Position numbers and translations under genes: made by a program. This document shows positions 1-9,741 of a stretch of DNA of 59,405 nucleotides, piece after piece. Positions within the stretch are counted from its first letter, which is position 1. Every line of letters starts with the position of its first letter. The notes under the pieces are model-generated. The model was not told where the DNA came from. It did not search any database and worked only from the letters and a program-made list of their open reading frames with translations. Source of the DNA: a virus (taxonomy: Duplodnaviria; Caudoviricetes); IMG/VR virus record IMGVR_UViG_3300025528_000008, positions 1 to 59,405 of that record. One strand, given 5' to 3'.

Positions 1-108
1 CGTCACCGCGGCCGATGAGCCCGCAGTGCGCGCCTGGCTGGACCACCGCGCAAAGGCCATCGCGGCCATCTGGGAGCCGATCAGCCTCACTCACAGCGGT
101 GAGCGCCG

Positions 109-471
109 ATGAACAACCAGTGCCCGCCGTGGTGCACCGTCAACCACGACTGCCCCCTGCGGAACCCGGACGGCACCCCCATCACCCTGCCGGACGGCCG
201 GCCGCTGCTCCGGGACGCCCACGAATCCGCCCCGTACTGGACCGACCACGGCATGCACGCCGCCCTCTACCAGGGGCCCAGCCGGCCGGTGCAGGTGGCC
301 CTGTCCGCCCCCTTGTGCACGGTGCTGCTACCGGAGCGGGTGGCGCGGGACCTGGCTGAGGTGCTGGCCGCCGGCGGCGTCGCCGAGGTGGCCGACGTGA
401 TCCGCCGGGCCCTGGCCCGCCTGGACGAGGGTGAGGACACCGGCACCGGCCAGGCCGGGGGTGAGGCATGA
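109..471 (+). CDS. hypothetical phage protein
   Basis: 120-aa ORF, CPPWC start motif, stop overlaps next start (ATGA). Confidence 0.6.
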   Translation: MNNQCPPWCTVNHDCPLRNPDGTPITLPDGRPLLRDAHESAPYWTDHGMHAALYQGPSRPVQVALSAPLCTVLLPERVARDLAEVLAAGGVAEVADVIRRALARLDEGEDTGTGQAGGEA

Positions 472-746
472 GCACCCCACTGCGCGTCCCCTACGAATCC
501 CCACTGCACGCGGTTGCAGACAAGCTGATCGGGCTGTACTGCGCCCTGTTTCGGGTCGCGTCTGCACAGCGGCTGCACTGCGACAAATGCGGCTGGACCG
601 GCCAGTGGATGACCCAGAGGCAGCAGCGGCAGCTAGCCGCCGGTGTCCCGGTGACGTGCGGGCGGTTGACGTGGGGCCGCCGGGTGTGCACCGGCCATCT
701 GCAGACGGTGGCCTGCGCCGAGCGTGAACGGAGGGCAGGCCGATGA
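468..746 (+). CDS. small Cys-containing hypothetical protein
   Basis: CDKC and further Cys; coupled to both neighbours. Confidence 0.55.
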   Translation: MSTPLRVPYESPLHAVADKLIGLYCALFRVASAQRLHCDKCGWTGQWMTQRQQRQLAAGVPVTCGRLTWGRRVCTGHLQTVACAERERRAGR

Positions 747-1096
747 CCCGTCGCATGCCGCTGGTCGACTACGTCGAGATGCTCGGGGAGGCAGCCGAGT
801 CCGGGCTGATCGACCGAGGCGAAGCCGCCCAGCTCCTCGCCGACTACTCCGACGGCAAGTTCACCCCGCTGGGGGCTGCGCGGGCGCTGCAGCGGCATCG
901 CACCTACCGGCAGGAGATCCGCGGGCTGCTGATCAGCGCCGAGCAGCTGCTGAGCGCGCTGACCGCTCTGCAGCAGGCGACCACCGAGGCCGAGCGGGAC
1001 GCGGCGTTGACTGCCATCCGGTCCGTCGAGGACCAGATTTTCGCCAAGCAGCGGGAGGAGCTACGGCAGCGGTTGCGGGAAGGCGGTGGCATCTGA
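743..1096 (+). CDS. hypothetical protein
   Basis: 117-aa helical ORF with overlapping start/stop. Confidence 0.6.
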   Translation: MTRRMPLVDYVEMLGEAAESGLIDRGEAAQLLADYSDGKFTPLGAARALQRHRTYRQEIRGLLISAEQLLSALTALQQATTEAERDAALTAIRSVEDQIFAKQREELRQRLREGGGI

Positions 1097-2070
1097 TGGT
1101 GCAACTCACCTACTACCCCAGCCGGGAAACTAGCGAGGGCACACAGGCATGGCAGCCGGCCCCAGATGACGTGCACACCCTCCGCTACGGCTACAACCTC
1201 GCTGACTTGGACCGGTTGGCACGGATCGCCATGAGCCGCAGCATCGGCCAGATCCTGGACCCTCATCTCCGGTACGAGCTTGCCTGGTCTGGGATAGTCG
1301 ACTTCCTGTACTCAGCCGAAACACCCCCGGAGCCTGTCGACCTGATAGGTGCCGGGCACCGTGAGATTCTCACTCATCTGCGCTACCTCCGGCATGACCG
1401 CGGCATAGACAGCCGTGATCCACACAAGGGAAGCAAGCGCTTTGCCGCCTACTGGGAGTGGGCGGCCCGCCGTGTCCCCAGCCATGAGGACAAAGTGGTA
1501 GACCGCACGGCGCTGTGGCAGATTTGGCCGCTCCTGACTGATGGGCAACGTCGGGTTCTAGCCGCGCTTGCTGCCTGTGGGACTTACCAGGAAGCGGCCC
1601 GCTCATTGGGCTTGACTACCGGCGGGTTTGTTTCATCCGTCGTGGCGGCACGCCGTGCCTTTTTGAAGTTGTGGCACGAAGGAGAAACCCCATCAAGGGT
1701 GTGGGGAGTTGACCGGCGGGTGGCTACCGGAGATAAGCCGAAGGCTGAACGCCGGTCCGTTACCAGGACCGTTGCTCGTCGTAGTGGGAAACCCCGCAGA
1801 ACACCCCAACACGGCAAGACCAGTACTTATAACCTGCATGGCTGTCGGTGTGTTGAGTGCACTGCCGCGGTTGCCCGCCAAGCTCTCAAGAGCAGGATCC
1901 GCAGGCGACTTCGTGAGCAGCGCCCTCTCTCGAGGACTCAGATTGAGTTCCTTCAAGCGCGTCACGCTGCAGGCGAGTCGATCGAGGACATAGCTCGGGA
2001 CATGCGGGTCGACGTTTCTCTTATCTCTGACCTGCTGTCCTCTGATCCAGATAAGGAGCGTGCCGCATGA
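1096..2070 (+). CDS. sigma70 region 4-like HTH protein with HG..Y..GCRCxxC motif and C-terminal HTH
   Basis: ATG overlaps previous TGA; LTDGQRRVLAALAACGTYQEAARSLGL; HGKTSTYNLHGCRCVEC; AGESIEDIARDMRV. Confidence 0.6.
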   Translation: MVQLTYYPSRETSEGTQAWQPAPDDVHTLRYGYNLADLDRLARIAMSRSIGQILDPHLRYELAWSGIVDFLYSAETPPEPVDLIGAGHREILTHLRYLRHDRGIDSRDPHKGSKRFAAYWEWAARRVPSHEDKVVDRTALWQIWPLLTDGQRRVLAALAACGTYQEAARSLGLTTGGFVSSVVAARRAFLKLWHEGETPSRVWGVDRRVATGDKPKAERRSVTRTVARRSGKPRRTPQHGKTSTYNLHGCRCVECTAAVARQALKSRIRRRLREQRPLSRTQIEFLQARHAAGESIEDIARDMRVDVSLISDLLSSDPDKERAA

Positions 2071-2522
2071 GCAGCTCCACATCTCAGAGCACCCAGCGTC
2101 GCCCAGTCTCAATTGAGACAGTCCGTCTCTCCCAAACAGCCAAAGGGCAGCTCCTCAAGCTTAAGCGAATCACCGGCATCAAGAACTGGAACATCTTGTG
2201 CCGGTGGGGACTGTGCATCGCATTGGCAGATCCGTCACCCCCGCTGGTGCGGGAGATCGTCACTGATTCCAACGTCGAGATGACGTGGAAGACGTTCGCC
2301 GGGGCCTATGGCGACATTTACCTGGCGCTGCTGAGGATGCGATGCGAACAGGAGGGCGGAGACCCAGACGACCCGGCCGCCGTCGCCCACACCCTCACCG
2401 TGCATTTGCACCGGGGGATCGGGCTGCTGGCAGGCCGCACAGACCTGACCGGGATCACCGACCTGATCGCTCTCGCAATCTCCCAGCCGCTGCCGAGCAA
2501 CGCGCCGGGGGTGATCGAATGA
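2067..2522 (+). CDS. dndE: DNA phosphorothioation protein DndE homologue (orphan)
   Basis: IETVRLSQTAKGQLLKLKRITGIKNWNILCRW and DSNVEMTWKTFAG match the DndE family as I recall it. Confidence 0.85.
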   Translation: MSSSTSQSTQRRPVSIETVRLSQTAKGQLLKLKRITGIKNWNILCRWGLCIALADPSPPLVREIVTDSNVEMTWKTFAGAYGDIYLALLRMRCEQEGGDPDDPAAVAHTLTVHLHRGIGLLAGRTDLTGITDLIALAISQPLPSNAPGVIE

Positions 2523-3091
2523 CCGTCCCGTTGCGTGTGGAGTACGGCGTGGCCGTCCACCACCCCGGTTGCAATTCCCCGGAGATCCGCCCGGTCAGCT
2601 CTCGAGAAGAGATGGCAGAGGCCACCGAGAGCCTCCGCCACTGGGGAATGGTGGCCGAACCAGTCGCCCGGCGCGTCACCGCATGGACCCGCGTCCCGGT
2701 CGGCTCCGAACCGCACCCCCTGGAGAAAGCCACCCAAAGCCTGCTGGAAGGGGATGAGCAGCGGCGCAGCACCGCCCTGTACCTGGCCGGCCTGCACCTG
2801 ACCGGGATGACGGACCTGGCGGACATGTCCACCTACGTCGCTGACATGCTCGGCCGGCTGGCCTCTCATCTCGACGGCACCGCCCGGCAAGAGTGGTTCG
2901 ACCGGCTGTGCGCTGCGATGCGGGACCACGCCCACGCCCAGGTCACCGGGGATCAGACGTCCGCCGGTGAGGCCGCGGCCCGCCGGGACGAAGCCCTGAA
3001 CGTTCTCACCTCCCGCGAGACCACTACGACCTCCTCGTCTCGCCGTCTTCCCCCGGCGCACGGCGAGGTCCTTGAAGGAGGCCCCTGCTGA
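2519..3091 (+). CDS. hypothetical protein
   Basis: ATG overlaps dndE stop; ORF coupled to next gene. Confidence 0.55.
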   Translation: MTVPLRVEYGVAVHHPGCNSPEIRPVSSREEMAEATESLRHWGMVAEPVARRVTAWTRVPVGSEPHPLEKATQSLLEGDEQRRSTALYLAGLHLTGMTDLADMSTYVADMLGRLASHLDGTARQEWFDRLCAAMRDHAHAQVTGDQTSAGEAAARRDEALNVLTSRETTTTSSSRRLPPAHGEVLEGGPC

Positions 3092-4155
3092 TGGTGCTCA
3101 AGACCCGCAGGCCCACTGGCGCTGTTCCCTGGCCGCTGATCCTCCTCGAAGGGCCAGAGAAGGTCGGGAAGAGCTACGCCTGCGCCCAGCTGTCGGCTTC
3201 TTCCAAGGTCGGCGACACCTACTGGATCGATATCGCCGAAGGCGCCGCCGATGAATACGGCGCCGTCCCCGGCGCCGACTATCTGATCGTCGAACACGAC
3301 GGGTCGTTCGGCTCCATCTACGGCGCCGTCACCGAGATCCACGCCCTCGCCCAGGCAGCTCTTGACGCCGGTGACAAACCGGTGGTGCTGGTCATCGACT
3401 CGATGACCGCCGAGTGGGAGCTGCTGAAGGACTGGGCCACCCAGCGCGCGAAGGGTTCCAAGGCCAACAGGGCGAAGCTGGCCCGGGACCCCATGGCTGA
3501 GATCACCGTCAGCCAGGTCTATTGGAATGACGCCAACGCCCGGCACCGCCGGCTGATGAAGCTGCTGATGACGTTCCCGGGCATCTGCGTGATGACCGCC
3601 CGCGGCAAGTACGTGACGGCGGTCGGGGAGAACGGGCAGCCGATCGAGGGGCAGAAGGAGTACCGCGTCGAGGGGCAAAAGAACCTGGCCTACGACGCGT
3701 CCTGCTGGGTGCGGCTGTCCCGTGAGGAACCGGCGATCGTGGTCGGCGCCAGGTCGGTGCACGCCGGTATCCGCCCAGGCCGGGATGAACCCAAGCGCCT
3801 CCCAGCGGACTGGTCGCTGGAGTGGCTGATCTTTGAGGCGCTCCAGTGCGACCCGAGCAGGGCGCATGCCCGGGAGCTGGTGGAGGCGCACCCGGAGCGT
3901 TCCCCCGAGCAGATCCGGGATGAGGTCATCAACCCTGCAACTTCGTTCACCCGGCTGCGTGAGCTGTTCGCCGAAGCCAAACGCACCGGTTATGAGGGCG
4001 TGATCGTCAGCGACGAGCGAGGCCAAGAGGTGCTGCTGGTCGACTTGATCACCCGGCTTGGCCGTGAACGCAAGCCCCAGGAAACAGCCAGCGAGAAGAG
4101 GCAGATCTCTGCTGACCAGGCGGGTCAGCCTGATGGTTCGGAGACCGCAGCGTGA
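3091..4155 (+). CDS. AAA ATPase, Sak4-like phage recombinase
   Basis: Walker A GPEKVGKS, Walker B VLVIDS; early-region position. Confidence 0.75.
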   Translation: MVLKTRRPTGAVPWPLILLEGPEKVGKSYACAQLSASSKVGDTYWIDIAEGAADEYGAVPGADYLIVEHDGSFGSIYGAVTEIHALAQAALDAGDKPVVLVIDSMTAEWELLKDWATQRAKGSKANRAKLARDPMAEITVSQVYWNDANARHRRLMKLLMTFPGICVMTARGKYVTAVGENGQPIEGQKEYRVEGQKNLAYDASCWVRLSREEPAIVVGARSVHAGIRPGRDEPKRLPADWSLEWLIFEALQCDPSRAHARELVEAHPERSPEQIRDEVINPATSFTRLRELFAEAKRTGYEGVIVSDERGQEVLLVDLITRLGRERKPQETASEKRQISADQAGQPDGSETAA

Positions 4156-4673
4156 ACCTCAAAGAAGCCGCCTTGCGCGCCGCAGTAATCAAGCGGCTCA
4201 AGGAACTGCTGGATGAGGCCGACAAGGAAGGCCGCACCGAAACCCTGTCCCTGTTCCTGGAGGCCCGCCAGGCCCTTGGGGTGAAGTCGGTGGACATCAC
4301 CCTCCCCACCGGAGAGAAGATCGCCACCGCCACTCTGCCCGCTCCAAGGCCGAAGGTGGACGTGGATGAGGGCGCCTTCCTGGAGTGGGTGCGCCGGGAG
4401 CACCCCGAGGAGCTGGTGGTAGAGGTCCGGGAGTCGTTCCGCCGCGCGCTTCTCAAAGACCTGGTCGCCGTCGACGATCAGGTCGTCAACAAAAAGACCG
4501 GCGAGGTAGTGCCGTGGGCGTCGGTCCGCCCGGCCGCCGAACCGTCCTCGTTCACGGTGCGGTTCACCCCCGCCGGCCGCGAGGCGATCGAAGAGGCGTG
4601 GCGGTCCGGGCAGCTCGGCTTGCTGGAGTACGTCGCGCCCCGCCAGCTCGAGGCCGGGGGTGATGCGGCGTGA
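4152..4673 (+). CDS. hypothetical protein (recombination module)
   Basis: 173-aa coupled ORF after the AAA recombinase. Confidence 0.6.
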   Translation: MNLKEAALRAAVIKRLKELLDEADKEGRTETLSLFLEARQALGVKSVDITLPTGEKIATATLPAPRPKVDVDEGAFLEWVRREHPEELVVEVRESFRRALLKDLVAVDDQVVNKKTGEVVPWASVRPAAEPSSFTVRFTPAGREAIEEAWRSGQLGLLEYVAPRQLEAGGDAA

Positions 4674-5017
4674 ACCCGGCGGCAATCGAGCAGCAGCTCG
4701 GAGCTCTCAGCACGCAGCTGGATGAGGCAGTCAGAACGCTGGGAGAACTGGAGCAGACCGCAGTCGAAGCCGAAGGCGACTACAAGGTCAAGTTCTCCCA
4801 GGTGTTTCGCGAAGCGGTGGGTTCGGTTGAGGACCGCAAGCAGATCGCCACCGCCGAGTGCGACGCCGAGTGGCGCACCTGGGGGAAGGCCGCCGCAGCG
4901 GTCCGCCTGCAAAAGGAACTGATCAAGGCCTTGCATGCCCGGATCGACGTGGGCCGCACACTGGCGTCGACCGCACGGGTCGAGGCCACTTTGACCAGGT
5001 CGGAGTGGACGCCATGA
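4670..5017 (+). CDS. coiled-coil hypothetical protein
   Basis: 115-aa coupled ORF. Confidence 0.6.
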   Translation: MNPAAIEQQLGALSTQLDEAVRTLGELEQTAVEAEGDYKVKFSQVFREAVGSVEDRKQIATAECDAEWRTWGKAAAAVRLQKELIKALHARIDVGRTLASTARVEATLTRSEWTP

Positions 5018-5388
5018 CCCGCGGGCGAAACACCGGACCGGACCGCGCCACACGGGAGCTGTGCGCGGCACGGGACTGGAACTCGTGCGCCTGGTGTGGC
5101 CGGCCCCTGCAGAACACACTCCGCAGCCTGCAGCACCGCAAGGCCCGTGGTCTCGGCGGCACCACCGACCCCGCCATCAACCGCCCATCCAACCTGATCT
5201 GGCTGTGCGGGTCGGCGACGACTGGCTGCCACTACCGAGCCGAGCAACGCACTCTTGAAGGGCATCGCCTGGGTTTCTGGTTGTGGTCCTGGCAGGACCC
5301 CACCCAAGTCCCGGTGCGGCACGCCATCCACGGATGGGTGCTGCTCGCCGACGACGGAACCGTCACCCCCGCAGAAAGGGCCGCGTGA
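5014..5388 (+). CDS. HNH endonuclease
   Basis: CAWCG..QHRKARGLGG..NRPSNLIWLCGSATTGCH. Confidence 0.75.
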   Translation: MTRGRNTGPDRATRELCAARDWNSCAWCGRPLQNTLRSLQHRKARGLGGTTDPAINRPSNLIWLCGSATTGCHYRAEQRTLEGHRLGFWLWSWQDPTQVPVRHAIHGWVLLADDGTVTPAERAA

Positions 5389-5516
5389 TGGCTGGACGAC
5401 ACCGCAAGCCGACTCGATGGCAGCGCCTCGTCGCCTGTTGTGAGCGCCGCTGGCAGGCCCGCCACCGCACCACTAACCCGCCGCGGGAACTGCCCGCACC
5501 CACCACCACCGCCTAG
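5388..5516 (+). CDS. small hypothetical protein
   Basis: MAGRHRKP start overlapping previous stop. Confidence 0.4.
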   Translation: MAGRHRKPTRWQRLVACCERRWQARHRTTNPPRELPAPTTTA

Positions 5517-5527
5517 GGAGGACCCCC

Positions 5528-5770
5528 ATGACTGACGGCCCGATGACCACGCAGGTGCCGCCGGCGGCGCTGCTGGCCGGGGACGTGCTGCTGGTCGACC
5601 CCGACGACCCCGACCGCCAGGTCCGCTGGCAGATCACCACGGTCGGCCGTGAAGGCGACGTCGTCGTCGCCGACTACGTCACCTCGGACGGCTGGGAAGG
5701 CCGCCACGGCTTCGAAGACCCCGAGCAGCTGCTGACCGTACAGGTCAGGGACATGCGAGGTGCGGCGTGA
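5528..5770 (+). CDS. hypothetical protein
   Basis: GGAGG RBS, 80 aa. Confidence 0.6.
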   Translation: MTDGPMTTQVPPAALLAGDVLLVDPDDPDRQVRWQITTVGREGDVVVADYVTSDGWEGRHGFEDPEQLLTVQVRDMRGAA

Positions 5771-6330
5771 GCAGGCTACGCAGCCGCCGAGACAAGGACA
5801 CCGGCGAACAGCCGGCCACGGCAGGGGAGACGGGGGACAGTATCGTGCCCGGGCTTGAGACACGCACCGATGAGTCTCTCGACCAGCTGTGGGCGCTGCA
5901 CCTGCAGGCGAAGGCCAACGCTGATGCTCTCGCCGAGCAGGCTGCCGCAGCTGAGCGACGTCAGGAAGCGGCCCGGCAGCGCGCACAGCAGCTACGAGAT
6001 CAGGCTGCCGAGCTGGTGCGCCAGGCCGAAGAGGCTGACGCTGCCGAGCGCGCGGAGGCCGAGCGGGTAGCGCGGCTGCGCGCGGACGAGGCCCGCGCCC
6101 GTGCTGTGGCCGCTGACCACGCCGACACCGTCGAACTGAAGGTGAGGACCTCAGGCCGGCAGCACCCGGCCGAACGCGCCCAGAACCCGCAGGTGACCCA
6201 CCCGGACGTTCCCGGTGCGCTCGTGGCCACCCACGGCCCCGAAACCCAGGGCATGCCGGTCATCTCCCCGGATGATCCGCTGGGCACGGGCGGCTACCCC
6301 ACTGTCCCCGCGAACGGAGCACCGGCATGA
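5767..6330 (+). CDS. coiled-coil hypothetical protein
   Basis: Ala/Glu/Arg-rich coupled ORF. Confidence 0.55.
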   Translation: MSRLRSRRDKDTGEQPATAGETGDSIVPGLETRTDESLDQLWALHLQAKANADALAEQAAAAERRQEAARQRAQQLRDQAAELVRQAEEADAAERAEAERVARLRADEARARAVAADHADTVELKVRTSGRQHPAERAQNPQVTHPDVPGALVATHGPETQGMPVISPDDPLGTGGYPTVPANGAPA

Positions 6331-6662
6331 GGATCCGTATCCCCCGCCCGGTGAACACCTTCCTGGACTGGGTGATGTTGAACCCGGACGTCGTGGTCGG
6401 TGCCGTATGGGTGATCGCTGCTCTGATCGCCGTGTTCACTCAGCGGGCAGGCGTGGCGTGGACGGTCACCGGTGTCGGCGCGGCCGTATTCCTGGTCCTC
6501 ACCCACACGGTGGGGAAGGCCGCCCGCCTGGCCGAGCAGCGAGACGCGCTGCGCTACGAGAACGGAGCGTTGCGCGCGGAGATCAACCGGCTGCGGCAGG
6601 GGGACCCGACGGCGCGGACGGCGCAGCTGCACTCGATCGGCGATTTCGGGGAGCCGACATGA
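6327..6662 (+). CDS. membrane protein
   Basis: two hydrophobic segments followed by a coiled coil. Confidence 0.6.
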   Translation: MRIRIPRPVNTFLDWVMLNPDVVVGAVWVIAALIAVFTQRAGVAWTVTGVGAAVFLVLTHTVGKAARLAEQRDALRYENGALRAEINRLRQGDPTARTAQLHSIGDFGEPT

Positions 6663-6925
6663 TCACCCGCATCGCACGGTGGCTGTACCGCAACCCGGAC
6701 GCTGTGATCGCCGCTGTCTGGCTGCCCGGTTCCTCCGCCCTCACCCTCTACTCGATCCCCGCTGGGGTGGCGGTGAGTGTGATCGGCCTGGTCGGCTTCA
6801 CCGTGGTCGGCAACCGGGTGGGGGAGGTCGCCCGGCTCCGGAACGAGGTGACCTGCTACCGGGAGCTCCTCCGCGAAACACAGGCGTCCATCAGTGAATG
6901 CGGTGGCGGCAGGTGGTTGCCGTGA
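6659..6925 (+). CDS. membrane protein, probable paralogue of previous gene
   Basis: W..NPD.V motif, two TM segments and ARL..E tail shared with 6327-6662. Confidence 0.55.
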   Translation: MITRIARWLYRNPDAVIAAVWLPGSSALTLYSIPAGVAVSVIGLVGFTVVGNRVGEVARLRNEVTCYRELLRETQASISECGGGRWLP

Positions 6926-7377
6926 CCGCCCACGAGCCGGCGTGGACGGCAGGTCGACCCGGGTCCCTGCCCTCCACGCCGACCACCGGCCGACAGTGGC
7001 GCATCGAGTTCCCCCCAGGCCAGGAACTCCTTAACGCCAACCGGCGGCTCCACCACTTCCGGCATGCCGCAATCGCCCGACAGTTGCGCGCAGACGCCTA
7101 CCGTCTGGCCAAGCATCACAAGATCCCGCGGCTGGAGCGCGCCCAGGTCGATGGGATCTACGAGCCGCCGGACCGGCGCCGCCGCGATTCCTCTAACTGG
7201 AACCCGACCTACAAGGCCATGGTCGATGGCCTCGTCGACGCCGGGGTCCTCGAAGACGACGATCACACCCGCCTGGTCGGCCCTATCCCGCACATCGGTG
7301 ACCCACACCCGAAGGGCCGGATCGTCCTGGTCATCACCGAACTCACCCCCGCAACCCCCGCACAGGAGAAGACGTGA
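6922..7377 (+). CDS. rusA: RusA-like Holliday junction resolvase
   Basis: RRDSSN..KAMVDGLVDAGVLEDDD. Confidence 0.75.
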   Translation: MTAHEPAWTAGRPGSLPSTPTTGRQWRIEFPPGQELLNANRRLHHFRHAAIARQLRADAYRLAKHHKIPRLERAQVDGIYEPPDRRRRDSSNWNPTYKAMVDGLVDAGVLEDDDHTRLVGPIPHIGDPHPKGRIVLVITELTPATPAQEKT

Positions 7378-7439
7378 GCGTCCACACCCTCAACATCGAC
7401 CAGCTGCGCCGCTTCGAGATGAAGGAGCGGCAGCCGTGA
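7374..7439 (+). CDS. 21-aa coupling micro-ORF
   Basis: AGGAG RBS; GTGA overlap at both ends; MSVHTLNIDQLRRFEMKERQP. Confidence 0.35.
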   Translation: MSVHTLNIDQLRRFEMKERQP

Positions 7440-7927
7440 CCCTCTGCGCGCTCACTGTCCGGCAGCCGTGGGCAGCCGCTATCGCCCACCACGGCAAGGA
7501 TGTCGAGAACCGCACGTGGACGACCAGCCACCGCGGCCTGATCGCCATCCACGCCGCCGCCGGCGTCGACTCCCGGCACCTGTACTCCATGCAGGTCTCC
7601 CAGGTGGCACACCTTGCTCGGGCTCGGGAAGAGCAGGTCCGCACAGCGGCGGCAACACGCGGTGCTGTGATCGCCGTCGCCTGCTTGTCGGATGTGTGCG
7701 CTGAAAGCGCGTCCAGCACTCCTGTGGAGATCATCAGCGCCCCGTACTTGAGGTGCGGGTGCGGCCGGTGGGCGGTCGCCTGCCAGTACCACTGGCACCT
7801 GACCGGCGTCCGCGCGCTGCCGGAGCCGGTGCCGGCCAAGGGGGCGCTCGGGGTGTGGACGCTGCCGGACGAGGTGGAGGACAGGGTCCGCGCTCAGCTC
7901 GACACGCTTGAGGAGGTGGCCCGGTGA
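7436..7927 (+). CDS. ASCH-domain protein
   Basis: ALTVRQPWAAAI..GKDVENRTW..RGLIAIHA. Confidence 0.8.
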   Translation: MTLCALTVRQPWAAAIAHHGKDVENRTWTTSHRGLIAIHAAAGVDSRHLYSMQVSQVAHLARAREEQVRTAAATRGAVIAVACLSDVCAESASSTPVEIISAPYLRCGCGRWAVACQYHWHLTGVRALPEPVPAKGALGVWTLPDEVEDRVRAQLDTLEEVAR

Positions 7928-7955
7928 GTGGCTACCGCCCCAAGGGGAGTGCGTC

Positions 7956-9035
7956 ATGAGCGACGGCACCAAGATCGAATGGAGCGACGCCACCTGGTCA
8001 CCGATCATCGGCTGCGACAGGGTCTCACCAGGCTGTGACAACTGCTACGCCGTCACCAGCGCCTACATCCGCGCCAACAACCCCAACCCGAAAGTCGCCG
8101 CGGCCTTCGAAGGGCTCACCCACCGCACCAGCGGCGGCTTGGACTGGACGGGCCGCGTCAACCTCTTGAGCGACCGGCTGATGCAGCCGCTGCGCTGGCG
8201 CAAGCCCCGCAAGATCTTCGTCAACAGTCAGAGCGATTTGTTCCACGACGCGGTACCGGACGAGTTCATCGCCCAGATCCTCGCCGTCATGGCGCTGACC
8301 CCCTGGCACACCTACCTCGTCCTGACCAAACGCCACGGCCGCATGCGGTCCTTCCTTGCCAACCCGCCGAAGAGCGACAACGGCGAGTACGAGACCAGCG
8401 TCGGCTGGCTGCCCGGAGCAGGAGCCAAGTGGATGGTGGCCGATGCACTGGAGGGGATCAGCCAAAGCCCCGATGTGCGGCTGACTGAGGAGCAGTGGGC
8501 ACTGGTCAAACGGCCCGGTGCCCGACTGGAGTGGCCCCTGCCCAACCTGTGGCTGGGGGTCTCGATCGAAAACCAGAAGTGGGCTGACATCCGCCTCCCG
8601 GCGCTCGCCGCCACTCCTGCCGCGGTCCGGTGGGCGTCCATCGAACCACTGCTCGGCCCCATCGACCTGGGGATCGGTGATCCGCACGTCGGCCACGACA
8701 GCGACACCATCCACGGGGATCCGCACCAGCGGATCTGCCTGGACTGCTCCGACCCCGACAACGGCATCGAAGTGCCGTACTGGCGGCGCGACCCCCAGCC
8801 GGACTTGCTGGACTGGGTCGTGGTCGGTGGCGAGTCCGGGCCGGGCGCCCGGCGCATGGACCTCGCTTGGGCGCGTGACCTGCGCGACCAGTGCGCTCGT
8901 GCCAAGGTCCCGTTCTTCTTCAAGCAGCTCGGCTCCGCCCTGGCACGCGAGCTGGGATGCACAGACCGCAAGGGCGGCACCCCTTCTGAATGGCCCGAGC
9001 CGTTCCCCCGCGAGTACCCCGAAGGTGCGGCGTGA
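7956..9035 (+). CDS. DUF5131 (phage Gp37/Gp68) family protein
   Basis: TKIEWSDATWSPIIGCDRVSPGCDNCYA; FVNSQSDLFH; WVVVGGESG; FFKQLG. Confidence 0.9.
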   Translation: MSDGTKIEWSDATWSPIIGCDRVSPGCDNCYAVTSAYIRANNPNPKVAAAFEGLTHRTSGGLDWTGRVNLLSDRLMQPLRWRKPRKIFVNSQSDLFHDAVPDEFIAQILAVMALTPWHTYLVLTKRHGRMRSFLANPPKSDNGEYETSVGWLPGAGAKWMVADALEGISQSPDVRLTEEQWALVKRPGARLEWPLPNLWLGVSIENQKWADIRLPALAATPAAVRWASIEPLLGPIDLGIGDPHVGHDSDTIHGDPHQRICLDCSDPDNGIEVPYWRRDPQPDLLDWVVVGGESGPGARRMDLAWARDLRDQCARAKVPFFFKQLGSALARELGCTDRKGGTPSEWPEPFPREYPEGAA

Positions 9036-9220
9036 CCACTAACCGGACCGTCCAGGATTTGTGGGATGACATCGCCGCCGAACTGTGCGACGTGATCGTC
9101 ACTGCCGCCGTCGCCTTGGCCACCATCACCGGCCCCGAGCAGGCCGGCGTCCACCTGGATTCCAAAATCGCCGCCCTCATGGCCCGCGCTGGCCTCACCA
9201 CCGTGGAGGTGCACCCATGA
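9032..9220 (+). CDS. short MazG-like protein, possibly truncated
   Basis: DIAAELCDVIVTAAVAL resembles the C-terminal half of MazG-like NTP pyrophosphohydrolases. Confidence 0.45.
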   Translation: MTTNRTVQDLWDDIAAELCDVIVTAAVALATITGPEQAGVHLDSKIAALMARAGLTTVEVHP

Positions 9221-9741
9221 CCACCCCTCGACTGCCCGACGCTCCCACCCTCCGGATCGGCGCGTTGGACTGGCAGCGGGACGCTGCCTGTGCCGGCGAA
9301 GACCTGGCCCTGTTCTTCGGCGCCGAAGGCGAGCGCGGATTTGAGCGCGCGCTCCGTGAACGCGCCGTCAAGCGGATCTGCGCCCGTTGCCCGGTGCGGG
9401 AGCAGTGCCTGCAGCACGCCCTGGACACCCCGGAGAAGTACGGCCTGTGGGGCGGCCTGAACGAGGAGGAACGCGCCGTCGAACGCCGCCGCCGCAAACG
9501 ACGCGTGCACCCTAAGCCGCTGCCGCCGGTGGTCCTGGAGCCGCAGCATCGCCCCCAGCCGCCCTCCAAGGACGTCAGCGACGGCTACTACGGGATGGGC
9601 CGCTGCGAGTCGTGTGGCTACTCCCAGCGGCTGACCAAGACCGGGCTGGTCATCTCCCACCGCCCCAAAGGGACGACGGTGGAGTGCCCGGGGACTGGCC
9701 GCCCGCCGATGACGGGCGTGGAGGAGGCGGTGGCCTCATGA
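9217..9741 (+). CDS. whiB: WhiB family Fe-S transcription factor with C-terminal Zn-ribbon extension
   Basis: WQRDAAC..LFF..KRICARCPVREQCL..YGLWGGLNEEER. Confidence 0.9.
   Translation: MTTPRLPDAPTLRIGALDWQRDAACAGEDLALFFGAEGERGFERALRERAVKRICARCPVREQCLQHALDTPEKYGLWGGLNEEERAVERRRRKRRVHPKPLPPVVLEPQHRPQPPSKDVSDGYYGMGRCESCGYSQRLTKTGLVISHRPKGTTVECPGTGRPPMTGVEEAVAS

Noticed and set aside
724-1095. N-terminal extension of the 448-aa ORF
   Set aside because: Overlaps the better 743-1096 gene; the ATG at 1096 is coupled to its stop.
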